Source: an uncultured Chloroflexia bacterium | Lineage (GTDB): Bacteria; Chloroflexota; Limnocylindria; Limnocylindrales; CSP1-4 | Length of the DNA: 64,000 nucleotides | NCBI GenBank assembly: GCA_963746845.1 | Contig: CAVVCZ010000004.1 | Span: 960,001-1,024,000 of the forward strand | Direction: 5' to 3' | Part shown: positions 1-10,700 of the stretch, piece by piece | How the letters are laid out: each line of letters opens with the position of its first letter | How positions within the stretch are numbered: position 1 is the first letter of the stretch | Position numbers and translations under genes: made by a program | Notes under the pieces: generated by a model | The model's input: the letters and a program-made list of their open reading frames with translations, nothing else | What the model was told of the DNA's origin: nothing | Databases searched by the model: none

Positions 1-27
1 CGTCTCGACCTCGGGAAGCTCGGGCAT
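1..27 (-). CDS. mutM: Formamidopyrimidine-DNA glycosylase, N-terminus only (runs off the window)
   Basis: Reverse complement of 27..1 reads ATG CCC GAG CTT CCC GAG GTC GAG ACG = MPELPEVET, the Fpg signature. It lies directly downstream of polA. Confidence 0.93.
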
Positions 28-37
28 CGGCGGAAGC

Positions 38-3002
38 CTACCCGGCGATCGGGGCGAGCGGCGCCTCCAGCGGCAGCTCGCCGGCCTCGGCGGCGATGGC
101 GTCCTCGCGGGTGAGCGGGGTCATCCCCTCCCAGTCGTCGCCGACCTTGATGTCCACGGTGAGCGGCACGTCCAGGGGCAGCGCGCCCTCCATCGTCTCG
201 CGGACGACGGCCGCCAGACGGTCGACCTCGTCTCGTGGCACCTCGAAGAGCAGCTCGTCGTGGACGCTCAGGAGAAGCCGCGCCCGCAGCCCCTCGGCGG
301 CGACCCGCTCGGTCGAGCGGATCATCGCGATCTTCTGGATGTCCGCCGCGGTTCCCTGGATCGGCATGTTGATCGCCATGCGCTCGCCCGCCCCGCGCAG
401 TGCCGGGTTCGAGGCCCGCAGCTCCGGGATCTGACGCTTCCGGCCGAGGAGCGTCTCGACGTACCCCTGGCGCTTCGCCTGCTCCTTGATCTCCATCATG
501 TAGTAGCTGATCCCGGAGTAGGCCGCGAAGTAGGAGTTGATGAACTCCTGGGCCTCCTTGCGCGGGATGTTCGCCCGTGACGCCAGGCCGAAGTCGCTCA
601 TCCCGTAGGCCAGCCCGAAGTTGACCATCTTCGCCATCGACCGCTCGCCGTGGGTGATGTCCTCGGGCGCCTTGTGGAGGACCCGCGCGGCGGTCTCGCG
701 ATGGATGTCCGCGTTCCGCGCGAACGCGTCCTTCAGGTGCTCGTCGCCCGACACGTGGGCGAGGATCCGGAGCTCGATCTGCGAGTAGTCGGCGGCGAGC
801 AGCGTCAGGTCCGGGGCGCCGGCCACGAACGCCCGCCGGATCCGCCGCCCGAGCGCGGTCCGGATCGGGATGTTCTGGAGGTTCGGGTCCGACGACGACA
901 GCCGGCCCGTCGCCGCGACGGCCTGGTGGAACGTCGTGTGGAGGCGGCCGTCGGCCTCGGCGATCAGGCTCGGCAGCGCCTCGACGTAGGTCGAGCGGAG
1001 CTTCGTGTAGACCCGCCACTCGAGGAGCTTGTCGACCATCGGATGGGCGGGCCGGAGGTCCTCGAGCACCGACGCATCGGTCGAGTAGCCGGTCTTCGTC
1101 CGCTTGCCCTTCGGCAGGTTCAGCTCGAAGAACAGCACCTGCTCGAGCTGCTTCGGGCTGCCGAGGTTGAACTCGTGCCCGACGTCGACGTAGATCTCGC
1201 GCTCGAGGCGGTCGATCTCGGCGCCGAACTCGCGATCGAGCACGGACAGCGCCTCCCGGTCGAGGGCCACGCCGACCGCCTCCATCCGGGCGAGGACCGG
1301 GATCAGCGGCAGCTCGATGTCGCGGAAGAGTCGGTCGAGACCGACCTCGCCGAGGCGGCGCTCGAGCGGCTCCCGGACGGCCATCGCGGACAGGGCCTCG
1401 ATCCCGGCGCGGGCCGTTGCCGGCAGCTCGGTCGCGGGCGGAAGGATCTGGTCGAGGGTCTCGGCGACGACGTCCGCGATCGTCTGGCTGCGCAGCGCGG
1501 CATTGAGGATGTAGGCGGCGACCTGGGTGTCGAAGGCGATCGGCGTCGCCGGGCCCGCCGAGGTCGTCGGCGAACCGCGCGACGAGGAGCGGCTTCACCT
1601 CGTGGCCGACGAGCGGGATGCCGGACCCCTCGACCAGGTGGCGAAGGGCGTCCGACGCCTCCGCACCCTCCGCCGCGACGACGCGACCGTCCGTGCCGAC
1701 CACCGCCAGCGCGAGCGGCGTGCCACGACGGGGTCGCGGATCGTCGGCGACCAGCGACGCGCCGAGGACGGGTTGCGCGGCGATCCAGTCGGCGAGCTCC
1801 GGGATCCGGTCGGGCCCGCGGACCTCGATGCGGCCGGGATCCACGATCGCGGCGGCGAGGGCCGTCGGGAGATCGCCGTCGGGTTCCGGTGTCGTCGCCG
1901 CGTTGCCGTTCCGGCCGTCCGCCGCCGCGGCCACCGCGGCCGTGCCGTCCGCGGGCGCGGATCGGGCGACCGTGTCGAAGTCCAGGCGCAGCTGCAGTTC
2001 GCCGCTCTCGCGCGCCGGCCCGCGGGAGGCGGCCCAGCCGTCCGGCCGCCCGGCCACGCGGGCCGCCGGCACGTAGCCACTCTCCGCAACGGTCCGGAGC
2101 GCCTCCGAGCGCTGCTCCGCTGACTCGCCGGCCATCGGCGGCAGCCGCTCGATCAGCGTGCGGAACTCGTACTCGCGGAACAGCCGCACAACCGTGTCAC
2201 GGTCGTAGTCGCCGAGCCGCGCCGCCTCCAGGTCGATCTGGATCGGCAGGTCGCGCACGATCCGCGACAGCTCGCGGCCCATGAGGATCTGGTCGACGTG
2301 CTCGCGGAGCTTGTCGCCGAGCTTCGGCGGGGTGACCTGGTCCAGCCGCGCGAGCAGCGAATCCAGCGTCTCGAAGTCCCGGATCAACTTCGCCGCGGTC
2401 TTCTCGCCGACGCCCGGGACGCCCGGGATGTTGTCGGTCGGGTCGCCCTTCAGGGCCTTGTAGTCGACCATCTGGTCGGGTCGCAGCCCGAACCGCTCGT
2501 CGATCTTCGCGACGTCGTACATCACGGTGTTCTCGACGCCGGACCGCGTCGTCATCAGCCGGACCCGTGGCGTCACGAGCTGGAGCATGTCGAGGTCCAC
2601 CGTGACGATCGTCGTCTCGAGGTCGTCGCGCGGATCGAGCTGCTGCGTGATCGTCCCGATGACGTCGTCCGCTTCATAGCCCTGCATCTCGTAGACCGGG
2701 ATCCGGAGCGCCTTGACGATCTCGCGGACCTTCGGGAACTGGTCGCGCAGGTCGTCCGGCATCCGCTGGCGAGTCGCCTTGTAGTCGGCGTACTGCTCGT
2801 GGCGGAACGTCGGGCCGGGCAGGTCGAACGAGACGGCGAGGTAGTCCGGCTGGAGGTCCTGGAGCCCGCGGAGGACGATGCTCGCGAAGCCGAAGGCCCC
2901 GTTGACGAGGTCACCGCGGGACGTCGTGAGCGGCGGAAGGGCGAAGTATCCGCGGTAGACCAGCCCGTAGCCGTCGAGCAGCATCAGGCGTTCGGTGGGC
3001 AC
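38..3002 (-). CDS. polA: DNA polymerase I, with one apparent frameshift near 1545-1594
   Basis: Manual translation from GTG 3002 gives MPTERLMLLDGYGLVYRGYFA (5'-3' exonuclease start) through ...GHEVKPLLVARFADDL. The reading then moves to the frame of ORF 38..1384 (FDTQVAAYILN, ADYSQIELR, AKMVNFGLAYG, VHDEL). Confidence 0.95.
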
Positions 3003-3048
3003 GGACGGAGTGTACCCGCGGGTCATCCGGGGGTGGCCCGGTGCGGGG

Positions 3049-3903
3049 TCAGGCGGAGCCGTGCTCCCGCCGTCGACCGATGACGAACAGCGCCGCCCCG
3101 AGGGCGATCGCGACGATCGAGACGAGGACGAGCTGAGACGGCCCGGACGTGCCGGCCGGCGGTTCGACCGTCGACGGCGTGCCTCGATCCGTGGTCTTGC
3201 CCGCGCCCGTGTTGACGTCGGCACTCGGGACGGTCGCCACGCCGACCGTGCCCGGGACCGATGCGGCCGGAACCGGGTTGAGGGCGACGGCCTGCGAGCT
3301 CGGCGGCACCCCGGCGTCGGCGATCGAGGCCGCCGGCGCGGCCGACGCGGCTGCCCTTGGTGCCTCCGTGGCGGCCGCGGCCGAGGCCACGGGTCCCCCC
3401 GCCGCTGCAGCACCGGCGCCCGCAGCCCCGCCCGTGCCGGTGTGATCGTTGACGCCGTTGAGCTCCTGGAGATCGCGCGACGGCGCGGCGGCGGGCGCGG
3501 ACGCCGCCGAGCCGAGCGCGCCGAAGTTCAACGGGATCGTGCCCACCAGCAGCCCGACGAGCCCGAAGGTCGCGAGCGCGACCCCGACGGGCCGCGTCAG
3601 CGACGAGCGTTCGAGACCCGCCGGCACGAGGCGTCGCCAGCCCGTCCGTCGCAGGCTAGCGGCCCGATCGGCGGTGAGCCGGTAGTCGCGGCTCGGGGCG
3701 GAGATCGGGGGCGGGACCGACGCCGTTGCATGGGCGATCGCGACGAGATCGGCGTGGAGAGTCGCGCACTCGGCGCAGGAGCCGGTCAGGGCGATGGCCT
3801 GGTCGCGTTCGGTGCCGGCGAGATCGCCGGCGGCGAGCGCGGCCACGAGCATCGGATCGTGGCGGTCGTGGGACGTCGGGGCGACGTCGCGAACGTGGGG
3901 CAT
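3049..3903 (-). CDS. Putative membrane anti-sigma factor
   Basis: N-terminal CAEC motif in a zf-HC2-like helix, central TM segment, Ala/Pro-rich region and C-terminal TM. Lies directly downstream of the ECF sigma factor, with a GGAGGT SD. Confidence 0.7.
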   Translation of the reverse strand: MPHVRDVAPTSHDRHDPMLVAALAAGDLAGTERDQAIALTGSCAECATLHADLVAIAHATASVPPPISAPSRDYRLTADRAASLRRTGWRRLVPAGLERSSLTRPVGVALATFGLVGLLVGTIPLNFGALGSAASAPAAAPSRDLQELNGVNDHTGTGGAAGAGAAAAGGPVASAAAATEAPRAAASAAPAASIADAGVPPSSQAVALNPVPAASVPGTVGVATVPSADVNTGAGKTTDRGTPSTVEPPAGTSGPSQLVLVSIVAIALGAALFVIGRRREHGSA

Positions 3904-3975
3904 GGGCGTCAGACGACCTCCGTGCCGGTGCGGTTCCGCGCGGACCGCCCGGGGCGGTCCTCGCGCTGGGAACGG

Positions 3976-4584
3976 TCAGCCACGGAAGAGGTCCATCCGC
4001 TCGACGAGCCGGTCGCGCAGTGCCAGGCGGCCCCGATGGATCCGGGACTTCACGGTCCCGAGGGAGACGCCCGTCATCAAGGCGATCTCGGCGTAGTCGT
4101 AGCCCTCGATGTCGAACAGGACGATCGCAGCCCGCTGGTCGTCGGTGATCGTCGAGAGCGCGGCGTTCAGCGCCCGGTGGCGTTCATTCGTCAGCGCCGT
4201 CGTCACCGGATCCGCCTCCTCACCCGCCGGCGGCTGCCAGCTCTCGTCCTCGAGCTCCGGATACGGCTGCGAGGGTCGTCGCTTGCGGGCGCGCTGGATG
4301 TCCATGGCGGCATTGACCGCGATCCGGTTCAGCCAGGACTTCACGCTCCCGCCCCGGAACCCGGACAGGTTCCGGTAGGCCGAGAAGAACGCCTCCTGGA
4401 CGCAGTCCGACGCCTGGTCGCGATCCGGGACCATCCGGACGATCAGGGCGAACAGCTGGTCCTGGTAGCAGACGACGAGGTCGTTGAACGCGTCGAGGTC
4501 GCCGCCCCGCGCCCGCTCGAGCAGGATGAGGTCGCGGCGCTGGACGGGGTCGTCGGCGACCGTGGTCGAGCGAAGGTCCTCCAC
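3976..4584 (-). CDS. ECF-family sigma-70 factor
   Basis: Motifs GDLDAFNDLV, DCVQEAF, KSWLNRIAVN and YAEIALMTGVSLGTVKSRIHRGR. The start is uncertain; GTG 4584 has GGAGGG upstream. Confidence 0.92.
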   Translation of the reverse strand: MEDLRSTTVADDPVQRRDLILLERARGGDLDAFNDLVVCYQDQLFALIVRMVPDRDQASDCVQEAFFSAYRNLSGFRGGSVKSWLNRIAVNAAMDIQRARKRRPSQPYPELEDESWQPPAGEEADPVTTALTNERHRALNAALSTITDDQRAAIVLFDIEGYDYAEIALMTGVSLGTVKSRIHRGRLALRDRLVERMDLFRG

Positions 4585-4706
4585 GGCCAGGGGGTCCCTC
4601 CGGACGGCGATGGTGAGGCGCGGCGAGTCTAGCATCGGCTCCCGCGCGAGACGCCTCACCGGACGGCTGAGTTCCCGCCGATCGTGACGCTAGGATTGCG
4701 CACCGC

Positions 4707-4792
4707 GCCGGAGTGGCGGAATGGCAGACGCTGCGGTCTCAAACACCGCTGAGGGCAACCTCGTGTGGGTTCGAATCCCACCTCCGGCACCA
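4707..4792 (+). tRNA. tRNA-Leu (CAA)
   Basis: Acceptor stem GCCGGAG/CTCCGGC, anticodon arm GCGGT-CTCAAAC-ACCGC, long variable arm, GGTTCGAATCC T-arm and encoded CCA. TAGGAT -10-like hexamer at 4691-4696. Confidence 0.97.
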
Positions 4793-4815
4793 GTCATCGA
4801 TGTGGAGGGTCGGCG

Positions 4816-5835
4816 ATGACCGCGAACCCGGATCCGGCCGGAGCGGATTTCCCGGCCGACCTCCCGGCGCCAGTGGAGGTGTCGGGGCCCGCCCAGCTCG
4901 ACGCCCTGTTCCCGGACGACGCCGCGCTGCGGCACTCGCTCCGGACCTTCGTCGTGCTCCTCGCCCTCGCTGCGTTCATCGCGTCGTTCGGGCTGCTCCA
5001 GGACTCGGTCGCGGCGATCATCGGGGCCATGGTCGTCGCGCCCCTGGGCGGCGCGATCATGGCCCTCGCCGGCGCCCTCGTGACGGGTCGCACGCGGTAC
5101 CAGCTCATCACGTTCGTGGAGGTGCTGCTGGGCGGTCTGATGGTCGTCGGGATCGGGTACCTCGTCGCGTGGGTCCTCCCGGACCCGCTGACGCTCACGC
5201 CGTCGCTCGATGCCCGGACCGCACCGGGAGTGCTGGACCTCGGCGTCGCACTGACGGCCGGGGCCGCGGGTGCCTACGTCGCCGTACGTCGGACCGGGGC
5301 GGACGCCCTGCCCGGCGTCGCGATCGCCGTCTCCCTGGTCCCGCCCCTCGCAACGGTCGGCATCTGCCTGGAGATGCGCCGACTCGACGATGCGGCGGGT
5401 GCGCTCCTCCTGTTCCTGACGAACTTCTCCGCGATCGTCGTCGTCGCCTGCGTCGTGTTCGTCCTGTGCGGTGCCGGACCCAGCCGCGACATGCTCCAGC
5501 AGCGACATCGGCTGCGCACCGGGTTCGTCGTGGCGCTCGGCGCCCTGGTCGTCATCGTCATCCCGCTGGCGTGGCGCGGGGTCCAGCAGTACGAGGTGAC
5601 GGTCCGGAGCGTCGCGGGCGCGCCGATCGTCCGCGACTGGCTGGGCCAGCGCGATCTCCAGGTGACGTCGTGGTCCATCGACGGCAACCACGTGCTGATC
5701 AAGCTGACCGGGTCGGACTCACCCGCCGCCGCAGCGCCCCTCGCGGCCAGGCTGGCGGCGACGTTCGGCGCGCCGGTCGACCTGGAGATCGACTACGTCC
5801 ACGAGGACCGCGACCGGGTGAGCGCGACCCCCTGA
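4816..5835 (+). CDS. DUF389-family membrane protein
   Basis: Motifs DSVAAIIGAMVVAPL, LPGVAIAVSLVPPL and LLLFLTN, with multiple TM segments and a GGAGGG SD. Confidence 0.85.
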   Translation: MTANPDPAGADFPADLPAPVEVSGPAQLDALFPDDAALRHSLRTFVVLLALAAFIASFGLLQDSVAAIIGAMVVAPLGGAIMALAGALVTGRTRYQLITFVEVLLGGLMVVGIGYLVAWVLPDPLTLTPSLDARTAPGVLDLGVALTAGAAGAYVAVRRTGADALPGVAIAVSLVPPLATVGICLEMRRLDDAAGALLLFLTNFSAIVVVACVVFVLCGAGPSRDMLQQRHRLRTGFVVALGALVVIVIPLAWRGVQQYEVTVRSVAGAPIVRDWLGQRDLQVTSWSIDGNHVLIKLTGSDSPAAAAPLAARLAATFGAPVDLEIDYVHEDRDRVSATP

Positions 5836-5926
5836 CCTCCGCGGTCGGGACGGGATGCCCCGGATGTCCGCTTCGACGCAGGCATCGACGCCGAAAGCTG
5901 CCTGGGCACCTCCCTACACTGGGCCG

Positions 5927-6583
5927 ATGCGCCGCGTGATCGCGCCCTCCTGGCATCCGGCCGCCGTCCTCCTGGGCGTCCAGCTCGTCGGCGTCGTCGT
6001 CTTCCCCTTCCTCGAGCAGTCGGCGGGTCAGTCGGCGCTGCAGCTGTTCGGGCTGGTGATCCTGGCGATCGCGGTCCGGGCCGTCCAGGCGTCCCCGGCG
6101 ATCACCGAGATCTCGATCGGGCTCGGCGCGCCGATCATCGCCCTGGTCGTGCTCGAGGTGCTCGACCCGACGAACACGACCTACGAGTTCTGCGCGTCGG
6201 TGCTGCTCGCGGCGTTCTATGCGTACACCAGCTATGCCCTGATCCGGTATCTCCTGCTGGAGCGGACCGTCACGGCGGACACGCTGCTGACCGCCGGTGC
6301 GACGTTCACCGTGGTCGCGTGGGCGTTCGCGTACGTCTACGCGGCAGTCCAGATCCTGTGGCCGGGCGCGTTCACCCCGGGTGCCGGCGGCGAGCCCCAG
6401 ACCTGGTTCGGCCTCCTGTTCCTGTCCTTCACCAACCTGACGAGCGTCGGGCTGTCGGACATCGTGCCGACGCTGTCCTACGCTCGGTCGTTCGTGATGC
6501 TCGAGCAGCTCGCGGGCGTCATGTACGTCGCGTTCGTCATCTCGCGTGTGGTCGGGCTGACCCTCGTCCGCGAGCGATCCTGA
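5927..6583 (+). CDS. Potassium-channel-like (Ion_trans_2) membrane protein
   Basis: Pore-like segment FLSFTNLTSVGLSDIVP..ARSFVMLEQLAG. Start placed at ATG 5927 (TACACT 6 nt upstream); the ORF is open from 5855. Confidence 0.8.
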   Translation: MRRVIAPSWHPAAVLLGVQLVGVVVFPFLEQSAGQSALQLFGLVILAIAVRAVQASPAITEISIGLGAPIIALVVLEVLDPTNTTYEFCASVLLAAFYAYTSYALIRYLLLERTVTADTLLTAGATFTVVAWAFAYVYAAVQILWPGAFTPGAGGEPQTWFGLLFLSFTNLTSVGLSDIVPTLSYARSFVMLEQLAGVMYVAFVISRVVGLTLVRERS

Positions 6584-6592
6584 AACGCCGCC

Positions 6593-7075
6593 GTGACCGT
6601 GCCGGCCGGACCGAGCCTCCAGGAGCGTTACGCGCCCGACGGCCGGTGCTTCGGGTGCGGCCCGGCCAACCCGGCGGGCCTGCACATCGGCAGCCGCCCG
6701 GATCCCGCCGATCCGGCGGTCCTCGTCGCCGTGTTCACGCCGCGACCCGAGCACGAGGCATTCGCCGGCGTCGTGAACGGCGGGATCCTCGGAACCCTGC
6801 TCGACTGCCACGCGAACTGGACCGCGGCCTGGCACCTGATGCGCGAGCGCGGCCTCGACCGGCCGCCCACGACGGTCACGCTCGAGTACGCCATCCGGAT
6901 GCGGCGGCCGACCCCGTCGGATGCGTCGCTGGCGCTCCGGGCGTGGGTCGTCGAGAATGCCTCCGACCGGGCAACGGTCGAAACGCAGATCTCATCCGGC
7001 GGCGTGGTCACGGCCAGCGGTCGGGGAACGTTCGTGGCCGTCGGGCCGGGTCACCCGGCCTACGATCGCTGGTAG
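6593..7075 (+). CDS. PaaI-family (hotdog fold) thioesterase
   Basis: Motifs CFGCGPANPAGL and GVVNGGILGTLLDC. Confidence 0.85.
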   Translation: MTVPAGPSLQERYAPDGRCFGCGPANPAGLHIGSRPDPADPAVLVAVFTPRPEHEAFAGVVNGGILGTLLDCHANWTAAWHLMRERGLDRPPTTVTLEYAIRMRRPTPSDASLALRAWVVENASDRATVETQISSGGVVTASGRGTFVAVGPGHPAYDRW

Positions 7076-7083
7076 GAGGCGTC

Positions 7084-7677
7084 ATGTTCCGTCGGTTCCT
7101 GGGTCTCGACAAGCCGGGCGCAACGACCGCACCCGCGACGGCGGCCGCCGGGGCTGCCGCCGCTCCGCCTCCGGGCTCGGCGGCGGAGACCGCGACCGTG
7201 CGGGCGATCGTCGCCCGGCTCGACGCGATGCCGCCGGACCAGGCCCGCTACCTCGCGAGCTTCGCCTACGTGATGAGCCGCGCGGCGAATGCCGATCTCG
7301 ACATCTCCGACGAGGAGACCGCCGTGATGGAGCGCCTCGTCGTCGAGCAGGGCAAGCTCGACGAGGCCGAGGCCGTCCTCGTGGTCCAGATGGCGAAGAT
7401 CCAGGCCCGGACCGTGGGCGACACGGAGGACTTCGTCGTCACGCGCGAGTTCCGCTCGATCTCCACGCCCGAACAGCGCCGCGCGCTCGTCCATTGCTGC
7501 TTCGCGATCGAGGCGGCGGACGGCACGATCAACGCCGCGGAGGCCTCGATCGTCAACGAGATCGCCCGCGAGCTCGATCTCGAGCGCGACGAGGTCAACG
7601 CGATCCGCGACGAGTTCCACGAGCAGCTGTCGGCGGTCCAGGAGCTGCGTCGCGCCGGAGCGGTCACCGGCGACTGA
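7084..7677 (+). CDS. TerB-family protein
   Basis: Two TerB-like halves (ANADLDISDEE; AADGTINAAE) and an AGGAGG SD. This is the C-terminal part of ORF 6319..7677. Confidence 0.8.
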   Translation: MFRRFLGLDKPGATTAPATAAAGAAAAPPPGSAAETATVRAIVARLDAMPPDQARYLASFAYVMSRAANADLDISDEETAVMERLVVEQGKLDEAEAVLVVQMAKIQARTVGDTEDFVVTREFRSISTPEQRRALVHCCFAIEAADGTINAAEASIVNEIARELDLERDEVNAIRDEFHEQLSAVQELRRAGAVTGD

Positions 7678-7702
7678 GCGCCGGAGCGGGGTCGCGCGAA
7701 GG

Positions 7703-10700
7703 TCAGGTGGCGCGAGCCCGCGCGGTTGTGCCCATGGGTGCGCCGTTGAGGCCCGAGAACGTCACGCTGAACGTCGTCGACGCGCCCTTGGCGAGCGTCG
7801 TCGCCAGCGGATGGCCCGTTGTCGCGTTGATCACCGTGCCGAACGCGTTGTAGATCTCCAGGAGGTACGTCACGTTCGATGCCGTCGTCGACGACGTGTT
7901 CTTGATCGTGCCGTCGACCTTCCAGGTCGAGGGCGTCGGCCCGGACGCCGTTCCGCTGACCGTCAGAAGACGGGTCGACGTCGAGGCCGGCGTGCTCGTG
8001 ATCGTGAACTTCACGTAGGCGAAGCCGGCCGGTCGGGCCGCGTTGATCACGAACGGTGAGCGTGACCGCCCGGCCATGACCGTCACGAGCGGGTGCACGG
8101 ATGTCGAGCCGAGAAGCTTGCCGCTCGACGAGTAGAGCTTCGCGGTGATCGTCACCGACCGTGGAGTCGTCGCGGTGTTGAAGACGTCACCGACGTAGCG
8201 CAGCCCGGCCGACGGGGCGCTTGCGACCATGAGGAGCGGAGTCGTCCCGGTGAGTGCCTTCACGGACCAGTGGTAGCTCGTGTCGCTGGACGCCCCGGTG
8301 GTCGAGGCCATCCGGATCGCGTATGTCCCGGGCGTGAGGTTCGCGAGGATCTCCTCCCAGTGGAGGCCGGGCTGGTCGATCGTGGTGATGAGCCCGGAGC
8401 AACCCGAGAACAGCTCGAGGATGCCGTCGACGGGCAGGTCGCCGAGGACGATCCGGTACCAGCCCTTGGCCGCGACGTTGAACCGGATCCAGTCGACGTC
8501 ATCCGTCGAGCCGAACTTGCCCGCCATCGGGTTGCCGGTCGCGGCCTGGACCGGGGCGGCAGCGCACGTCGCGGGCGCATCGCCACCCGTCACGTGGTAC
8601 GTCGCGGTCAGGGTCTGGGGCGAGGCCGGCGCCGTCGCCGTATGGATGAGCGCCTTGCCGTCGGACCAGGACGAGAAGGCGTACATCGTCTCGCCGATCG
8701 CGGCGGTCGCCTGGGCTTCGACCGTCGCCGCATGGCCGACGATCACCGCGGTCGGGCCGACGCTTCCGGTGCCGGCGACGCCGTCGAGGGCGACGGGGAG
8801 CCCGGCCGGGCTCGACACCACGGTCATCGTGGACTGCCTCGGGTGGACATCGATCGTCTCGGTGTCGGTGAGTCCCCCGGAATCCTTCACCGTGACGCTG
8901 ATCCGGAGGTACGAGCCGGCCTCGTGATCTGGCGCGACGATGCTCGTCGACTTGACGCCGGTCGCATCGAGCAGGTCGTGCTCGTGGCAGTCCGACGGGG
9001 TGTGGCAGTGCTGGAGCCCGACGTGCCACGAGAACGCCGACGCAGGCAGCGTGCCGTCGTTGGGGTCCGTGGCGTGAGCCGTGAGGGTGATCGGATCCCC
9101 GACCGCCCAGCAGTTCGTGGTACACGTCGGCGAGTCGATCGTCGCGACCGGCGGCTGGTTCCCGGCGGCGATGCTCCTCGACGTCGTCGCTGTCATCCCG
9201 TTCGAGTCCGTGACCGTCAGGCGGGCCGTCCATGTCCCCGCCGCGTAGGTGTGGCTCGTCGTCTGCCCACTGTCGGTCGAGCCGTCACCGAAGTCCCAGT
9301 CGTACGCGGTGATCGACGCGGGCGCGCTCGACCCGGAGCCGTCGAAGGAGACCGACAGCGGCGCCATGCCCGATGACGGCGTGACGGTGAACGACGCGAT
9401 CGGTGCCGAGTAGCGGATCCGGTGGATGTTCCCGCCGCCGAAGTCGCCGTAGACGATGTTCCCGTTCGGGTCCGTGGTCAGGTCCACGGGTGTTGCCGCG
9501 TTGGATTCGAACGGGATCGCCGTGCCCGTCGGCACGCCGCTGCCATCGACCGGCAGGACGACGATGCAGTTCCGCGAGTAGTCGGCCGCGAACAGGGCGT
9601 TCTTGTACGGGTCGGGATACGAGTTGGTCTCGGCGAACGCGAGCCCGCTGACCGATGCGCCCGCGCTCGTGGCCGGCGGGACCGGCGGGCAGCCGTCACC
9701 GCTCGCCATGTGACCGGACTGGGCGTAGTCGTAGAGCGGAGCGGTCACCGACGGATCGTCGAGGGTCGCACACAGGTTGAGGGTGGTCGTCGTGTAGTAC
9801 GTGCCGGTCTCCGGGCCCTCGTGGCACGGCCAGCCGAAGTTGACCGGGCCGCCTGCGCCGATCGGGTTGGCGAGCCGGTTGACCTCTTCCCAGGTGGAAT
9901 ACCCGACGTCGCCCACGTACAGGTCGGTCGTCCCGGGCCGGAACGTCATCCGGAACGGGTTCCGGAGGCCGTACGCGACCATCCGCTGGCGGATCGGGTC
10001 GCTGTTGCCGATCGCAGGGTTCCCGGACGCCGCTCCGCCGGTTGCCGGATTCAGCCTGAGCACGGTGCCATTCAGGACGGCGGCCTCACCGGCCGGGCGA
10101 CGGAAGCTCTGCGATCGGAGGGCGCCGCCTTCGGCCGTGGGGGCGCTCATCGACCCGCCGAGCCCGCCCGGCGGGTCGCCGCACGGGTTCTTCGGCGTGA
10201 TCGGGCTCGACGTGTTCGGCAGGTTGCCGCCCTTCTGCCCGTAGTCCTGGGCGCCGCCGTTGAAGCTCGCGCCATCGCCACCGCTGACATACAGCATCCC
10301 GTCAGGGCCGAACGCGACCGTCCCGGCCGAGTGGCTCGGGAACTGCTGGCACCAGCCGGTGAGGAGGGTCTGGCGACTCGTGACCACGCCCGTCGCCGGG
10401 TTCACGGTGTCCCGCTCGAGGCGGCTCTGGGAGACGCAGCCGTCGCTCGTGCCACCCGGCGGGGTCGGGCAGGCGTCACCATCGGCGCCCGCGACGCCCC
10501 AGCGCGGGGCCGATCCGCCGGGGATCGCGTCGTAGGCGTACATCAGGTAGATGTAGGGGCTTGACGGCCAGTTCGGGTCGACCGCGAGGCCCAGAAGGCC
10601 GCGATCCCAGTAGTTCATGACATCTGTCCGGATGTCGAGCGTCTGCACCCGCGGGCCGTCCGAGTTGAAGTCGGCGACGGTCGCCCACGACTTGACGATC

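Noticed and set aside
7084-7677. Tellurite-resistance or defence operon
   Set aside because: A solitary TerB-like gene with no other ter genes nearby.
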